From a virus: a DNA stretch of 64,000 bases. The DNA lies in IMG/VR virus record IMGVR_UViG_3300031772_000007, positions 1 to 64,000 of that record. The stretch is one strand, 5' to 3'. Below the pieces are notes generated by a model that had not been told where the DNA came from, searched no databases, and saw nothing but the letters and a program-made list of their open reading frames with translations. A program made the translations under genes and the position numbers. Below are positions 62,876-64,000 of this stretch, one piece after another (the first letter of the stretch is position 1; each line of letters starts with the position of its first letter).

Positions 62876-63340
62876 CTAGAAGCCTTCGCGCGCCACCCGG
62901 TCCGTGTTCACCCGATCCCGGATGAGAGGGTCGCCCTTCATCTCCTCACGAAGCTGTGCGCCCGCACTGACCAGCATCTCACGCTTCGTCCGCAGCGTTT
63001 CGAGGATGCCCTTCAGGTAGTCCCGCTCCGCCTGAAGCGAAATGACATCCAGGTGCGCCTGCTCATAGGCAGGGTCCGTCTTCACCATCGCGTCTACCGC
63101 CGCCTCGGTCGGCGGCTTCTTCCCCTCGGGCGCTTCCTTCTTCGCCAGGTAGAGCTGCGCCTGCACCTTCTCCTCGCGCCACTCCGCCTGGAGGAGCCCC
63201 CGGTTGGCCGCAGAGAACTTCTCGTTCCAGTAGGCGAAGTCCCCCGACATCCGCCCGTACTCCTCGTTGATGAACTCCGGCTTCAGGTCCACACAGTCCT
63301 TCAGGTAGTCGTCGATCTCCAAGTCCTTGAGCTTTGCCAC
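62876..63340 (-). CDS. recombination mediator (UvsY-like)
   Basis: 154 aa helical; TEAAVDAMV..DP.Y...L..K.EML; next to SSB and RecA. Confidence 0.6.
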   Translation of the reverse strand: MAKLKDLEIDDYLKDCVDLKPEFINEEYGRMSGDFAYWNEKFSAANRGLLQAEWREEKVQAQLYLAKKEAPEGKKPPTEAAVDAMVKTDPAYEQAHLDVISLQAERDYLKGILETLRTKREMLVSAGAQLREEMKGDPLIRDRVNTDRVAREGF

Positions 63341-63367
63341 GGTTCAACCTCCCTTTCGTGAGTCCCT

Positions 63368-63398
63368 TACTTTGCCCCGCCCTTCCCCGGTTATCCCC
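63368..63398 (-). promoter_or_regulatory. conserved phage promoter-like motif, copy 2
   Basis: GGGGATAA-CCGGGGAAGGGCG-GGGCAAAGTA, intergenic, upstream of a GGAGG RBS. Confidence 0.65.
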
Positions 63399-63406
63399 TC
63401 CCCCTC

Positions 63407-64000
63407 CTAATTCAGCTCCACCGTCTCCATGCTGCCCCACCGCGTACCCGCCTTGCAGTCCACTTCCAGAGGCACGAAACTTGTAGCCCACGGGTATGAC
63501 ACCATCTGCTCGCGCGCCGCTTGTGCCGTCTCCTTCCAAGTCTTCTCGGGACACAGCAGCATGATGGAGTCGTGAATCGGCAGGATGACCTCGGCGTCCA
63601 TCTTGCCCGCCTCAATCAGATTGACCAGACGCACGATACTCGACACGCAGAAGTCGCTCGCCGTGCCCTGAATGGGGCTGTTGATGGAACCGTTGCGCGC
63701 CGTGGATGCCGCGTGCGAGCCCTCCTCCGACTCGTCCGCGATCCTCCACAGAGGACGCCACCGCGCTCGCTGCCCTTCCCACTCGGTCCAACAGCCCCCG
63801 TTCGCCTTGGCGTAGGAGAGAGCCGTCTTGCTCCACCTGCCGAAGTTGATGAACGCGCCGAAGATGGCTGCCCGGATGGCTGCCGCCGCCTCGACCGGAA
63901 TGCCCAGCTCCCGAGCCAGAGTACGATCCGTCTTACCGTAAGCGAGCCCGAAGTTGAACGCCTTGGCTCCAGTCCGGTGAACCTTCGTGACCTGCTCCGG
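63407..64000 (-). CDS. polA: family A DNA polymerase, C-terminal part (truncated by the window)
   Basis: frame open from 64000: motif B R.GAKAFNFGLAYG, NSPIQGTASD, motif C IHDS. Confidence 0.95.
   Translation of the reverse strand, partial: PEQVTKVHRTGAKAFNFGLAYGKTDRTLARELGIPVEAAAAIRAAIFGAFINFGRWSKTALSYAKANGGCWTEWEGQRARWRPLWRIADESEEGSHAASTARNGSINSPIQGTASDFCVSSIVRLVNLIEAGKMDAEVILPIHDSIMLLCPEKTWKETAQAAREQMVSYPWATSFVPLEVDCKAGTRWGSMETVELN

Noticed and set aside
2133-63361. Many long + strand ORFs (e.g. 7289..9580, 11602..13971, 17459..19903, 32394..34079, 61940..63361)
   Set aside because: Antisense shadows of high-GC minus-strand genes. They are Arg/His/Val-rich with no motifs and fully overlap recognisable phage genes. 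17459 has an SD but runs antisense through the whole sheath.
1-64000. CRISPR array, tRNA/rRNA genes, integrase, reverse transcriptase/DGR, stop-codon recoding
   Set aside because: None recognisable by eye. Core genes are intact under the standard code.

Overview
The whole window is part of a high-GC tailed dsDNA phage genome, with almost all genes on the minus strand. The contractile tail makes it a myovirus. No integrase, tRNA or CRISPR array is visible, and the host cannot be determined from the sequence. In transcription order (right to left) the modules are: (1) replication/recombination: family A DNA polymerase C-terminus, UvsY-like, gp32-like SSB, RecA, SbcD/SbcC, dTMP kinase; (2) a thymidine hypermodification cluster like that of Pseudomonas phage M6 (PLP enzyme, aGPT-Pplase2, P-loop 5hmU-DNA kinase, two ParB-like proteins, radical SAM), followed by a Dam-like methylase and a second radical SAM; (3) a dense array of small, translationally coupled genes flanking the terminase genes; (4) two HExxH proteins and a peptide deformylase; (5) portal, head morphogenesis protein, small head-region genes, scaffold and major capsid; (6) neck, sheath, tube, frameshifted chaperones, tape measure, baseplate and tail fibre, with four free-standing HNH endonucleases. 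The most novel signal is that about 18 small, otherwise divergent accessory proteins share a helical motif [D/E]-A-x-x-R-L-[G/T]-G at or near their C-terminus, encoded by varied synonymous codons. This suggests a portable protein tag or docking system. Other notable items are a conserved 31-nt promoter-like motif, a 15-bp stem covering the capsid ribosome-binding site, a candidate sRNA between sheath and tube, and a run of four small PxPF-tailed peptides. All functional calls come from motif recognition by eye; no database searches were run.
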